Shown one piece after another: positions 16,799 to 27,415 of a DNA stretch of 64,000 nt. Under the pieces are notes generated by a model. That model was given only the letters and a program-made list of their open reading frames with translations, had not been told where the DNA came from and made no database searches. The stretch is from positions 32,001 to 96,000 of the IMG/VR virus record IMGVR_UViG_3300022700_000179; one strand, given 5' to 3'. Each line of letters starts with the position of its first letter. Position 1 is the first letter of the stretch. The position numbers and the translations under genes are program-made. The stretch comes from a virus.

Positions 16799-19291
16799 AT
16801 GCCTAAGTCTGGCAAGAAAGGTAGACAGCCTAGCATCGCTTCGTCGAGTAAGCCTAAGGCTAAGAAGAGAAAGCTAACGGAGTTCGGCTTTTCTCTCGGT
16901 GATAACGATGATGTTAAAATTGCAAAATCTAACCGTACACGTAAAGAGAGCAGCGGTTCTAAACCGAGAAAAGCAGATCAGGAAGAATACCGTAAGCTTG
17001 GGTCTGAGCTAGACAACCTGCTAAATGGTTCGGAGGATAAAACAAGTATTGATACGGTAGAGTCTGGGGGGCTTTTACCTATTCCTGATAAGGAAAATGA
17101 GTCCCCTGATCAAGACAGCAGTAAAAATAGTAGCAATAACGCCGTGTCAACTAACTATTTCGAGTTACTTGGGGATGTCGCTGATGAAGATGACTCAGAC
17201 GAGCTTCTGCCAGATGTAAAGGGCTTAGTTGAGCGCGCTATTTCTGCCGACCTAGACCCCTCCGTATTCTCCGGTTCCAGTTTTCCCGTTGCTTCTAATG
17301 TCATAGAGTTTTGTAGGGATCCAGACTTTTTAGGCTTTTCCGGAGATTTGTACCCACGGCAGGTAGAGATACTAGCGCATTATTTTAAAGATGTTTGCTA
17401 TTTTTGCAGTGACCTTGATTATATCCATAAGGTTCCCGTAAACGACCCAGTTGGCGACGTTTTAGACCGATTTGCACTTCTGCGCTTTGGCGTTTGCCCC
17501 AAATGTAAACGTAATCGGACGGAAATACTTTCTGACTGGATAAATGACCCAAGATTCGGAGAATACAACGATCTTGATCCTAACGTTGCTGCTAGCTTGC
17601 GCCCAGTACCTCCGAATGAGTTTGTTGGGGTGTGGGGACAGCGATCTGGCAAGAGTTATACCGTTGGTACGTTCGCTTTTCCCTATATCTTACATAGGTA
17701 TTTGGCTCTTCCCAATCCTACCAAATATTTTATGGTTCCATCGAATCAAGTACTAGAGGCCACATTTGTAGCCCCTACCCTGCATCAGATTACAAAATAT
17801 GTGTGGACGCCGTTCAGAGAAGCTTTTGCTGCTTCTCCTTGGTTTAAGGAAGTAAGGGAATCACTCCTTTCTGAGGGTAAACGATTAGGTACTACGCTTT
17901 ACCGTGAGGGAGAGCGCTTCATTATATTTCCTGCTAAAAATTTGGCCATTCACATACTAGCTGCGTCCAGTACCGGTCTACGTGGGGCAACGCGGCTGTT
18001 CTGTTCACTAGATGAGCTTGGTTGGTTTAACAGCGACGAGGATGGTAAGAAGCGTGCTGGAATCAAAGATGGGAATGCGGTCTTTGACGCCCTGGACAAC
18101 AGCCTTAATACCGTGCGTTCTCATGCAGACATACGGCGTGAGGACTTGCGTGATTACGACGTACTAGATGGGCATATGTTTAATATATCCAGTCCGTGTA
18201 CAGTTGGCGATCCAATTATGACCAGAGCTGCGCTCGCCCCCAGAGCGCCGAGGATGTTCTATACGCATTATGCCACGTGGGAAGTGAATCCTAAAGAAAA
18301 GGAAGAACGTATCAAAGAACGTATGGCCGGTGACATGGATCGGTTCATGCGGAACTGGGCGGCCATACCTCCACGTGCATTAAGTCCGTTTTTCTCTGAT
18401 TCTAATTTAGTGGCGAGCCTGTCAAGACCATCAGATAAGGATGAAGCACTATTCAACTATTATGTGGAAAATTATGAAATGGAGGGGGAGTCTATTATAA
18501 GGTTACGTCCGCACCTGGCGAATGTGCGCGCTGACCCATACGGTGCCCGGATTTTAGCCGTAGATAATGGTGAAGTGCAGAACTCTTTTGCTTTGTGTGT
18601 CGCAAAATATGACGCGACATTGGACAATTACTATTTTGAAGAGTTTGTAGAAGTGGCTCCGTACCGGGGCCATGTAGTGGATCTTAATTGGTGTTATGAG
18701 AATTTCATTGTTCCATTGGTTAACACTTTCAATTTTCTGCATGTGGCTTTTGACCGGTGGAATTCTTCGCATGCCTACCATGATCTTAAGACGAACCAGG
18801 GTTTCAATGCCACTACTGGAAAAGACGCGGAAATATACACGTTAAAGTGGCCAGATTTTGATGCATTCCGTGAGGATTTGCGAGGAATGCGCTTGTCGTT
18901 CCCGTCTACGGAAACAGTGCCAGATGAGTTACTTTCCATTAAAGATCTGTCGCGTAGGGCTGCAACCCCACGCGCACATATGCTATTGCAACTCACAACT
19001 GTAGAGCAATTTGGTCGAAAAGTGCTGAAACCTAATCAAGGGCAGGATGACCTTTTCCGGGTAGCCGTTTTAGCGCATCGATTCATGCGGAAGTACAAGA
19101 AGCTTTATGCAGAACACAGTATTTCCGCGCGACGTAGAGGCGACTTCCGTTCGGTTGCTATCTTCAGAGGAGCCAGTCGGCCCAATAGTGGCGGCTATAC
19201 TAGCGGCGGTCCTAAATCGGGCAGGTCTGTCGGTGTTACACGACAGCGTAGTGCGGCAATGCCCAGGAGATCGTCTGGAGGAAAATTGTGA
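16799..19291 (+). CDS. terL: terminase large subunit
   Basis: LYPRQ adenine-binding motif, Walker A GQRSGKS, Walker B CSLDELG, ISSP; nuclease AVDNG, AFDRWNS and DDLFR. Confidence 0.88.
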   Translation: MPKSGKKGRQPSIASSSKPKAKKRKLTEFGFSLGDNDDVKIAKSNRTRKESSGSKPRKADQEEYRKLGSELDNLLNGSEDKTSIDTVESGGLLPIPDKENESPDQDSSKNSSNNAVSTNYFELLGDVADEDDSDELLPDVKGLVERAISADLDPSVFSGSSFPVASNVIEFCRDPDFLGFSGDLYPRQVEILAHYFKDVCYFCSDLDYIHKVPVNDPVGDVLDRFALLRFGVCPKCKRNRTEILSDWINDPRFGEYNDLDPNVAASLRPVPPNEFVGVWGQRSGKSYTVGTFAFPYILHRYLALPNPTKYFMVPSNQVLEATFVAPTLHQITKYVWTPFREAFAASPWFKEVRESLLSEGKRLGTTLYREGERFIIFPAKNLAIHILAASSTGLRGATRLFCSLDELGWFNSDEDGKKRAGIKDGNAVFDALDNSLNTVRSHADIRREDLRDYDVLDGHMFNISSPCTVGDPIMTRAALAPRAPRMFYTHYATWEVNPKEKEERIKERMAGDMDRFMRNWAAIPPRALSPFFSDSNLVASLSRPSDKDEALFNYYVENYEMEGESIIRLRPHLANVRADPYGARILAVDNGEVQNSFALCVAKYDATLDNYYFEEFVEVAPYRGHVVDLNWCYENFIVPLVNTFNFLHVAFDRWNSSHAYHDLKTNQGFNATTGKDAEIYTLKWPDFDAFREDLRGMRLSFPSTETVPDELLSIKDLSRRAATPRAHMLLQLTTVEQFGRKVLKPNQGQDDLFRVAVLAHRFMRKYKKLYAEHSISARRRGDFRSVAIFRGASRPNSGGYTSGGPKSGRSVGVTRQRSAAMPRRSSGGKL

Positions 19292-19707
19292 TGACTAGCT
19301 ATGATTTAGTGAGGGGATTGTTAAAGGAAGCCTCTCAACCATTTGGTATAAACAGCGTCAATCGGCTTGTGGGCAATCTCCGAGTGGCGGGTATACCTGA
19401 CACTTTGGATCCTAAAAGTGAGAGAGTAGCTCGGCGTATACTTTCAGAAGCTATTAGTAGACAACAAAAGAAGCTAAGGACTGCAGACGCTGGCAGCACA
19501 AACAGTGCCACAGTAGTCCAATCTTCCAATACTGACGACCATTTTATAGAGATAGACGCCCTTATATCAGAGGGTAAATGCCCACGCTGTAAAACGCATA
19601 TGGTAGATGTAAAATTGGGTGGTTACAACCCTGACACGCGAGCGTACGAGCGTGGTATGTATTGCAAAGCCTGCCGCACGACACTGCCGATGAATTGGGG
19701 TAAGTAG
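19291..19707 (+). CDS. zinc-ribbon protein
   Basis: CPRC...YCKACR; coupled to the TerL stop codon. Confidence 0.7.
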   Translation: MTSYDLVRGLLKEASQPFGINSVNRLVGNLRVAGIPDTLDPKSERVARRILSEAISRQQKKLRTADAGSTNSATVVQSSNTDDHFIEIDALISEGKCPRCKTHMVDVKLGGYNPDTRAYERGMYCKACRTTLPMNWGK

Positions 19708-19746
19708 CTCCTGCTCTCTACCTAACCAGTGCGCCGAGGTTGCTGA

Positions 19747-22086
19747 ATGTCTATGTTCCGAATTCGATATGATATGACCGAGGGTAGACGGCTGCGCCGA
19801 ATACAAAATCGACATGCCGGATTTATGCGATCACACAGTGGTTCGCCTAAATCGAAAATGCGTCATGGGGCGGCTATGACCAACCTGACAGCACCCATGC
19901 TGGCAGGAGGTGGATTACATCAGAGATACTCCCCAGTATGGGAACGTGCAGAGGATCCAACTCTAGCTGAAGATTTTCTGCCTGCCGATAGTCAAACTCA
20001 AAATAAAATATTTCGTAACTTAATAATGTTTGACGCCATTGCTGGACCAGCAACAGAGTATTGGAAAGATCTGGCGTTTTCACCGAATGTTATATTGAGC
20101 GGGCTGGATGATGATAAGGTACTGCAATTTTACCAAGATGCGTTAGCTGCTAGTGGCATCTTGCCTATGATGCCTTCTTTGCTTTCTGACTACCTTACGT
20201 TTGGTAAGTTTGTGTTTCACATGCTTATGGATGAGAGCAAAGGTTATTGGTATGAGACCATTCCACATGATCTAGATTATGTGAGTATCAAAGTATCCCC
20301 AATACCTAGTATGCCTCCATTAATTGATTACCAGCCTAGCGAGGACCAGCGTGAGTGGGCAACCAGTTCCGATAATCGAGTGGTGGAACAGCGGCGGGAT
20401 ATGGACCCGGTTTTGGTAAACCTTCTCGCGTCTGGGCAGCCGATTCCTTTGGCCCCTGAGAATACCATGTTCCTCCCTAGGATGGTATTTGCAAATGATT
20501 ACTACGGAACGTCTTATCTTACTCGTGTAATGCCTTTCAAGATATATGAGAAAGCTGTTTTAGACGCGTCCATTGCTGGAGCCCGTCGCCGGGCCGGGCC
20601 ACTTTGGCATATTACGGTATGGCCAGATGCATCAGACGATGAAATGTCTGAAATTTTAGATATGTTTTTTGCGGCGGAAGAAGACCCAATTGGGGGCAAG
20701 GTGGTGACCCGTGAAGGAGTTATAGTAAACTCATTAGGCGGAGGTTCTGGAGAATATTGGAAGCTTTCTGACGAGTGGTCTTTTTTATCAGAAGCAAAAA
20801 TGCGGGCGTTGGGAATTTCTGAAACGTTTCTTACAGGCGAAGCAAACTGGAACTCGATGGAGGTTATCCTATCGACGTTCCTCGAGAAGGTTCGTGCTGT
20901 ACGCAACTATTTCACTCAGAAAATTATTCTAGAGAAGATTATATACCAGTTAGCTCAGATGCATGATATCCGTCACCGTTCCGAGGCGGAGTTAGCCCAT
21001 CGTATCCGTACTGGTAAAAAGAGCCGGATTGATAGCCAGCCCGAGTTCAAGCTTCCATCCATTGAATGGGATAAGGCGCTTTCTCCAGTTGCAGATCAAG
21101 ATTATATGGCGATCCTGAACGAGTTGGAAGAGAAGGGATTACCAATTCCGATTCGGATGCGTGCTCAAGTGGCGGGGTTTGATATCGACAAAGCTATGAA
21201 TTCGTTTGAGTCCGATTTGGAGACGCACAAAGAAATATACGAGCATAAAGTTGCGCTTGCTGAACTCAAAAAGCAGTACGGCTTTGATGATTCAGGTCAG
21301 TACACTGGCGGAGGCGGGGAGCTAGGCGGTGGTTTAGGTGAGCTAGGAGGTGGGTTGGGTGAGGGACTTGGTGGACTTGGTGGGGGTGAACTGGGAGGTG
21401 GAGAACTTGGGGGTGGGGGCGAACTTGGTGGAGGTGAACTGGGAGGTGGGGGAGGAGTTGAAGAGGTACCCCCATCGGCACCAGAGGGTGGACTTGAAGG
21501 TTTTGGGGCAGGAACTGAGAAATCTAGATTCCCAGTTAAAAACCAGCACAAGAGGTTTGTTGGTAATACCAGACCACATGTGGTGAACAGCCTACTCGAT
21601 CGAATTGCTTCAGTTCCTATTTGGGACGATCGTAAAGAGCTTTTTGGATTGACGCAGCGTAAGATTGCTAAGATATTAGACCGAATTGATAAAAGTGCTC
21701 CAGATATAGACCACAGAAAACAGTTCGCCAGAAAAGTGTTTTCGAAGCTGAAGAGGAACGAGGGCTTAGATCGTAGGCAAGCACAGGTTGTGCAATATCT
21801 GGCATTTCGTTTGGGATTGGTACCCCCTGTCCCAATTCCAGAAGATGATTTTGAGCCTCTGAATAAGTACTTACTCGACAAGGTCCGTGAGGACGGATTG
21901 AGTAAAGAAATTACAAAAGAGCTGAACTACGTCTCCCGTATTTCAGAGGCATGTGGTAGGGAGCACCCGTATCAAATCAAACATTCGGATTTCAATCCTG
22001 TGCTCACTCGGTTTGACCGGGCCCTTTCCGATAAACAAATTCTCACGGGTCTTACAACCAGTGTTTCTCCTTTTATTAAAGGATAG
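19747..22086 (+). CDS. portal protein
   Basis: Position after TerL; portal-like motifs YYGTSYL and RALGISETFLTGEANW. Confidence 0.75.
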   Translation: MSMFRIRYDMTEGRRLRRIQNRHAGFMRSHSGSPKSKMRHGAAMTNLTAPMLAGGGLHQRYSPVWERAEDPTLAEDFLPADSQTQNKIFRNLIMFDAIAGPATEYWKDLAFSPNVILSGLDDDKVLQFYQDALAASGILPMMPSLLSDYLTFGKFVFHMLMDESKGYWYETIPHDLDYVSIKVSPIPSMPPLIDYQPSEDQREWATSSDNRVVEQRRDMDPVLVNLLASGQPIPLAPENTMFLPRMVFANDYYGTSYLTRVMPFKIYEKAVLDASIAGARRRAGPLWHITVWPDASDDEMSEILDMFFAAEEDPIGGKVVTREGVIVNSLGGGSGEYWKLSDEWSFLSEAKMRALGISETFLTGEANWNSMEVILSTFLEKVRAVRNYFTQKIILEKIIYQLAQMHDIRHRSEAELAHRIRTGKKSRIDSQPEFKLPSIEWDKALSPVADQDYMAILNELEEKGLPIPIRMRAQVAGFDIDKAMNSFESDLETHKEIYEHKVALAELKKQYGFDDSGQYTGGGGELGGGLGELGGGLGEGLGGLGGGELGGGELGGGGELGGGELGGGGGVEEVPPSAPEGGLEGFGAGTEKSRFPVKNQHKRFVGNTRPHVVNSLLDRIASVPIWDDRKELFGLTQRKIAKILDRIDKSAPDIDHRKQFARKVFSKLKRNEGLDRRQAQVVQYLAFRLGLVPPVPIPEDDFEPLNKYLLDKVREDGLSKEITKELNYVSRISEACGREHPYQIKHSDFNPVLTRFDRALSDKQILTGLTTSVSPFIKG
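21307..21456 (+). repeat. Gly-rich (GGELG)n low-complexity repeat inside the portal gene
   Basis: GGGGELGGGLGELGGGLGEGLGGLGGGELGGGELGGGGELGGGELGGGGG. Confidence 0.9.
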
Positions 22087-22091
22087 CTAAG

Positions 22092-22535
22092 ATGCAGAAG
22101 AGAATAGCCCAAGATCCTTTGGAAGAATTAGGAGATGCAGGACTAGCAGAATTAGAAGACATCGCTAAGGAGCAAGAGGTACCAGGTGAGCCGGTGCCTG
22201 CTCCCGACGAATCAGAGATGGTCAAGGAAATCTCTGAGCATCCGAGTACAAAATGGCGGGAATATTTACAACCAATTATTCGTGCAATAAAGGCACAGTT
22301 AGGTGGTGTACCTGTATCTTTGGTGGACCCGGACATCTCTAACGACTACGTCTCCCCCCAGTTTGGTTTTAATATTACAGGGTATATCAATTTCCCTAAA
22401 GGTAGACCCGATGATGTAAGGTCGGAGTTTGGGGACTCCCCTATCCGGTTTGAGGTTTATATCGGGCCGCCAGATTACGACATCCATTATCCAGTAGAAC
22501 TCTATAGTGCAGAAGATGTAGTTAACTCTATATAA
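22092..22535 (+). CDS. hypothetical head-module protein
   Basis: 147 aa; tandem with portal. Confidence 0.7.
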   Translation: MQKRIAQDPLEELGDAGLAELEDIAKEQEVPGEPVPAPDESEMVKEISEHPSTKWREYLQPIIRAIKAQLGGVPVSLVDPDISNDYVSPQFGFNITGYINFPKGRPDDVRSEFGDSPIRFEVYIGPPDYDIHYPVELYSAEDVVNSI

Positions 22536-22568
22536 GAGTCTTTTACAAGAGACGGGGATCAGGTTCAA

Positions 22569-22967
22569 ATGCCTAAATGGAATCGTGTATGGCGCAATGT
22601 CAATGATCAGTGTCCACAATCTTGTATAAATTTTACTAATCCGGCTTTACGGCAGCAGTCCGTAGTACTAGATCAGTTTCCGTCTACTGTAGACAATATG
22701 TCGCAAGCTATGCGGATTGTAGCTGAGGGGATTGCTGAACGTGTTGGTGGAAAATCTATTGTTGTTAAGTCCGAATCTGAGCGTATACATGACGTTAGCA
22801 TGCGTCTATCGAGGGATGTAGCTAGTTTGGTTTCTATAAATTTTAGTTTTGGTGCCCAAGCAAACTATCCAGTAGAGGTTACTTATAACTATAGGGATGA
22901 CTCTGGTACCGCTAAATTCGGTGATATAGCTGAGGTGGTAGAATGGCTGGCCGTCCGCTTAAGGTAA
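22569..22967 (+). CDS. hypothetical head-module protein
   Basis: 132 aa; tandem. Confidence 0.7.
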   Translation: MPKWNRVWRNVNDQCPQSCINFTNPALRQQSVVLDQFPSTVDNMSQAMRIVAEGIAERVGGKSIVVKSESERIHDVSMRLSRDVASLVSINFSFGAQANYPVEVTYNYRDDSGTAKFGDIAEVVEWLAVRLR

Positions 22968-23194
22968 TGGAAGTCTTGTCCAATTCACCACCAAAAAAGT
23001 TAGTATATAAAGGGCGTACTTACGTTCTTGCTAAGACACGAGAAGACTTAATGTGGGAACAGGTAGAGAGACTTTTGTCTCAAATGTTAAACACGGTCAA
23101 GTCGGATCGTCCTTCGATTAGCAAAAAGAGCGGAGTCGCCGGTACATATCAAGAGCTTAAGGTCTTCCTCAAAGATCTAGGCGTCACGCTCTAG
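22967..23194 (+). CDS. small protein with tag motif
   Basis: TAATG coupling; PKKLVYKGRTYVLA. Confidence 0.7.
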   Translation: MEVLSNSPPKKLVYKGRTYVLAKTREDLMWEQVERLLSQMLNTVKSDRPSISKKSGVAGTYQELKVFLKDLGVTL

Positions 23195-23218
23195 CTTCAA
23201 CTCACACACCTCTCTGCC

Positions 23219-23268
23219 GCGACATTATCTGAATTACCAGACTGGTGTGTTGTATACCTGCAACATCA
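23219..23268 (+). promoter_or_regulatory. two GCRACATYA motifs in the scaffold-gene leader
   Basis: GCGACATTA at 23219; GCAACATCA at 23260 abutting SD GGAGG. Confidence 0.55.
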
Positions 23269-23277
23269 GGAGGTCTC

Positions 23278-25587
23278 ATGGCAACAGAGGGTAAAACGAG
23301 AGATGGACCGTCAATGACTCCAGAGGAGAAATACGCCTCTGAGTTGCTTGATACGGCGGCAAAGAAAAAGAATAAAAAACCCAAAAAGAAAAAGAAGACT
23401 GACCACGAAACCAACGTCCAGAAGTTTTTGCGTGACTTCTTCGAATTAGGGAAACCTAAGAAGAAGACCAAGAAAACTAGTCCCGGACTACCTGGTTTGT
23501 ATTGGAGAGGGGTCGAAGATTCACCCTTCTCTTATCAACCCGGTGGTGATGGTGGAGGGGATGGTGGGGGCGGTGGAAATGGTGGGTCGGCTGCGAGTGT
23601 TGCCGAGACCGAGGAGGAATTGATGCGCCAGCTCCGAAAGAAGATGGATCTAAAGGGCAAAAAGGCGGGTGGAGAGAACCCCTATGTTGGTTGGGATAAT
23701 CTTCCTAAGGGATGGACCAAAGAGTCCGTAGAGAAGTTCTGGGGTTCCCTGACTGGTGATCATGAGCACAAGTTCACAGAGTGCAGGAAGAAAATGGAAG
23801 GGAACGTAGACGATCCCGATGCTTTCTGTGCGTCGTTAAAGGATATGATGAAGGGTACTGAAGAGTGGCGGGGTAAAGGCAAAGGCGCTGCTAGTACCTC
23901 TTCACGACCGTATAGTGCTGATTCACTCGATGAAATGGGCTTCGATCCTGGACGTGCTCAAAACGAGTTCCGCCAAGAAACTGGACCGGTAGAAGAAGCC
24001 ATCCAAATCGAAGAAACCCCACCTACTGAAGTCGATCCCGAAGAAGTTGAGCCCGTTGACATGGAGGACGTATCTGCGAATCCTCCCCAAAGGGCAGATA
24101 TGGCATCAGGAGAAGAGACACAGAACGTGCCCGACGGGCCAGAAGCAATGGAGGATCCGCAGATGCAAATCCACAAGGGAACCGAAGAAATTTTTGAAGT
24201 AGATCCAAGTATGGTTGAGGAGCTAAACGTAGCCGTTGACCTGGAAGTTGGCGAGGACGATGAGGATGATTACGCGTCGCCTGTCCCGAGTGAAGGGGAT
24301 GAGATGGAAGCCGTAGAGGACGAGGAGGATGACCTGCTCGGTGACGAAGAAATTCCAGAGGTAAGCGACGAGGAAGTCGAGTACGAGCTGGAGATGGAGG
24401 CTCCTGAGGAAGATTTGGGCGAGATGGAGGAGGAAGATGAGCTGGAGGAGGCGTGCGGATCGAGAGGGGATCGCGCGAAGCTGTATAATTCTGAGCAGCC
24501 TGTCCTTGTAAAGGAAGATGATGTTGAAGTTGTTGATGAGGGACGTGGACACGCCGGTGCAACCCCTGATTCCCCGCCGACTACCTTAGAGCCCGAAGAT
24601 GCGGAGGCTCCTACACTCCCACAAAGCGACATCAAGGTACCTGCGATCGATCCTGCGGAAAAAGAGAGCACTGACGTGGTGTATGAGGTCGTAGTGCCTG
24701 CGTCGTCTTTAACGGACGAGTCGATCGATCGTATCGAGTTGGCACGCTACGGCGAGAACTCAGACGATCCAATGTATATCGTCCTCTTGGACGGCGATCC
24801 CGTTGCTAAGATTGCACTTTCAGACCAAAACCTCCCCGATGAGCACCGAGAGACCTTCCTCGATGACAACTATCCCAACTTTGTCCTTGAGGGCATGGAG
24901 CAGTTTGGTGTCCAGGCGACTTTGAAGACGGTTAACGCCCGTTTCTACGCGGCCCGTGCAAATGAGGGTGAAGTAGCCGAGTCGGTTAAGGCCCGTGTCG
25001 CCTCTGAGATGCACGAGGCGCGGCAGGTAGAGATCGGTCGGTTGAAAGACGATCTGCTGAATGTGGCCTCGGTAGTTCTGCAGGGAACTATGAAAAATTA
25101 CCTGTTGGACAACCCCCTGCGTGATGCACTGATCTCACGGTTCCATCGTGCCGGTGTGGATCCCAGTGCTGCGGTTGACGAAATTGACGATGCCTTCCGT
25201 TCAGCTGGCCAGGATTTCTTCAACACAGTTCTTGAAACAGCTGACGAGTGGCTCGGCCTCCCCAAGGAAGCCCTTGAGCACCATGTCCAGAAAATTCAGG
25301 AAATGTCGCATAGACATCCTGGATACGACATGGTTCAGGGTTACAACGAGGACGACATCCCCGAAGCAGTCGAGCCCACCCCGGAACCTCGTCAGTATGC
25401 TGCACAGGCGGCTGCACCTGCCCCAAGTGTGCCCAAGAACGTTCCCTTGCGCAGCGCGGCCCCACGAGCACCCTCCGGTGGTGGATTCAAGCAGGATAAA
25501 GAGTATTGGAAGCGTCAGCTGAACCTCAGCGGTCGTGTAGCGAACGCTTCTTTGGCTCAGTATCAGCTCCGTAACCCCAAACAGTAG
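23278..25587 (+). CDS. putative prohead scaffold/core protein (very acidic)
   Basis: SD GGAGG; long Asp/Glu-rich region and helical C-terminus; between portal and protease. Confidence 0.6.
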   Translation: MATEGKTRDGPSMTPEEKYASELLDTAAKKKNKKPKKKKKTDHETNVQKFLRDFFELGKPKKKTKKTSPGLPGLYWRGVEDSPFSYQPGGDGGGDGGGGGNGGSAASVAETEEELMRQLRKKMDLKGKKAGGENPYVGWDNLPKGWTKESVEKFWGSLTGDHEHKFTECRKKMEGNVDDPDAFCASLKDMMKGTEEWRGKGKGAASTSSRPYSADSLDEMGFDPGRAQNEFRQETGPVEEAIQIEETPPTEVDPEEVEPVDMEDVSANPPQRADMASGEETQNVPDGPEAMEDPQMQIHKGTEEIFEVDPSMVEELNVAVDLEVGEDDEDDYASPVPSEGDEMEAVEDEEDDLLGDEEIPEVSDEEVEYELEMEAPEEDLGEMEEEDELEEACGSRGDRAKLYNSEQPVLVKEDDVEVVDEGRGHAGATPDSPPTTLEPEDAEAPTLPQSDIKVPAIDPAEKESTDVVYEVVVPASSLTDESIDRIELARYGENSDDPMYIVLLDGDPVAKIALSDQNLPDEHRETFLDDNYPNFVLEGMEQFGVQATLKTVNARFYAARANEGEVAESVKARVASEMHEARQVEIGRLKDDLLNVASVVLQGTMKNYLLDNPLRDALISRFHRAGVDPSAAVDEIDDAFRSAGQDFFNTVLETADEWLGLPKEALEHHVQKIQEMSHRHPGYDMVQGYNEDDIPEAVEPTPEPRQYAAQAAAPAPSVPKNVPLRSAAPRAPSGGGFKQDKEYWKRQLNLSGRVANASLAQYQLRNPKQ

Positions 25588-25616
25588 TCTTTGATTTTTA
25601 GTCGTGCTCTGCACGC

Positions 25617-25649
25617 GGAGGCAGGGTTGAATCCAACCCTGCCTCCTTT
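25617..25649 (+). terminator. hairpin, probable terminator or attenuator
   Basis: GGAGGCAGGGTTG AATC CAACCCTGCCTCC TTT. Confidence 0.6.
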
Positions 25650-25679
25650 GGAGGGCGCGAGCCACAAGGAGCAGTTTGG

Positions 25680-26510
25680 ATGTTGACTCTTCCCAATATA
25701 TATACAAGCTCTCACAGAATAGTTTCTAGCGGTCGCGGGATACATGTTGGTGACACTTTCTTTTCCCAAACACAGAATGGGGACATATATTACGATGAGC
25801 CTAATTTTATAGAGGGCCATCGGCTAGAAACGCTTCGCGCAAACGGCGGTTCTAGCATACGTATAGCTGGAACAGAACTAGGCAAAGTATCACAAAACTG
25901 TGCTTGCGGTTTTTTGGACGTGTCATGGTTACCTTTGGCCGCGAAAGCGTACAAGATAAGTCCCGATATTAAAGATTATGTCTTGGTAGACATCCCAATT
26001 GTACTGGCGAACGTACCTAATAGAAACGGCGACTGCTTTACTTACAAAGAACTCACTACCTTCCGTCCAATTATTGGCATGCCGGCGTTCAAGACGTTCT
26101 ATGGCAAGCCCGCACACCAGGATCACGATAATATGGATCCGACGCGTGCAAAGGGGGTTATTTTCGATGCAACACTTACCCCCTTCCGCGGCGTTTGGCA
26201 TGTAAAAATACTAAAAGGCTTCGACCGTACCAAGGATCCGCGTCTTGCAAAACTGGTTCGCCAGAAATCACGCATTGGCCATTCAATGGGTGCGTTGGTT
26301 GAGCGGACTGAATGCGGGTTACCATGGTGTAACTTCCATTCAGATGGGCGTATAACTTGTGACCATATTAATGGAGGTCAGGGTAAGGGGGATATTATTA
26401 AGGGACATCTAGTCTATGAGAACATGATGGACTACTATTTTGTGGAATGTAGTTCAGTAGAAGATCCAGCATATCCGATCGCTCTTTCTCGAGAAATATG
26501 GGGAGTGTAA
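25680..26510 (+). CDS. prohead (capsid maturation) protease
   Basis: PNRNGDCF, GKPAHQDH, KGVIFDA, HSMGA and ECSSVEDPA, a His/Ser herpes-HK97-type protease pattern. Confidence 0.8.
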   Translation: MLTLPNIYTSSHRIVSSGRGIHVGDTFFSQTQNGDIYYDEPNFIEGHRLETLRANGGSSIRIAGTELGKVSQNCACGFLDVSWLPLAAKAYKISPDIKDYVLVDIPIVLANVPNRNGDCFTYKELTTFRPIIGMPAFKTFYGKPAHQDHDNMDPTRAKGVIFDATLTPFRGVWHVKILKGFDRTKDPRLAKLVRQKSRIGHSMGALVERTECGLPWCNFHSDGRITCDHINGGQGKGDIIKGHLVYENMMDYYFVECSSVEDPAYPIALSREIWGV

Positions 26511-26514
26511 CGAA

Positions 26515-27402
26515 ATGAATCCTCCGTCCCAGATAAAGTATAAGGGCACCATTTACAAGCTTAGATCTGCAGGGGATGTTCAGGTCTCTCCGGGCAGTCC
26601 AGTGGGACCGGAGGGGGTATTATTGATTGAACGTCAATACCCTACGGAATCTCGGGCATTGTATATCGACAACGATGGTGATTTCTTTGCCAAAATAAAG
26701 CTCAATTGGCACAAGAGTAATGTGTTTGACGAGTTAACATTTGATCTTTCTCCGGCAGGAGCGAAAGAGTTTTTTGATAGCCTCAAAACAGAAAGTGACG
26801 GTAAGCTGAGCGCTAAGATACCGGACGAGCAAGTTAGGCAATTGTGGGGGCCAGCTGTGCCAAAAACGCCGGAGGGTGTGGATCCCAAAAAAGTCATAGA
26901 TGTAAGTGGGCACTACATAAAGGTATCTGATCTTCCGGCTGACATAAAGCGGGAAGCTGCATACACATTTGAGGGTCTTCTTCGGGAAGAATTGGCAAGT
27001 ATAAGTAAAATAGAAGGTCGATTCTGCTCCGATCCTTTTAGCGTAATGGGCTTGCGCTACAATGTTCCAGAACATGTAGTTCAGCTGTTTGCAGAGACGC
27101 TTACAAACGCTATGAACGAGTATTTAAGAGAGCAATTCAACACACAGGCTACGGTAGACATAAATGTAGCGGACTCCTGTGGTCCTGTAGACGGGCATGG
27201 GGGTATATACGTATTCGGTAATGGTAGAGAGGAACTTAATAACTTACGTGTACATTTAGAGGGGAACGTTTTGTTACCTGTATGGCGGGAAGTGTGGAAT
27301 AGGTATCAGCAGGGAGAGATACCTGTTGGAGAAAAGCAAAGAGCGTTGGCTTCTTTCAAAGTCAAAGTACTAGCTGCAGTTCGTCCGGAGAACGGTCAGT
27401 AG
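26515..27402 (+). CDS. hypothetical protein with N-terminal tag motif
   Basis: PSQIKYKGTIYKL. Confidence 0.75.
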   Translation: MNPPSQIKYKGTIYKLRSAGDVQVSPGSPVGPEGVLLIERQYPTESRALYIDNDGDFFAKIKLNWHKSNVFDELTFDLSPAGAKEFFDSLKTESDGKLSAKIPDEQVRQLWGPAVPKTPEGVDPKKVIDVSGHYIKVSDLPADIKREAAYTFEGLLREELASISKIEGRFCSDPFSVMGLRYNVPEHVVQLFAETLTNAMNEYLREQFNTQATVDINVADSCGPVDGHGGIYVFGNGREELNNLRVHLEGNVLLPVWREVWNRYQQGEIPVGEKQRALASFKVKVLAAVRPENGQ

Positions 27403-27415
27403 GAGATACAGAATC

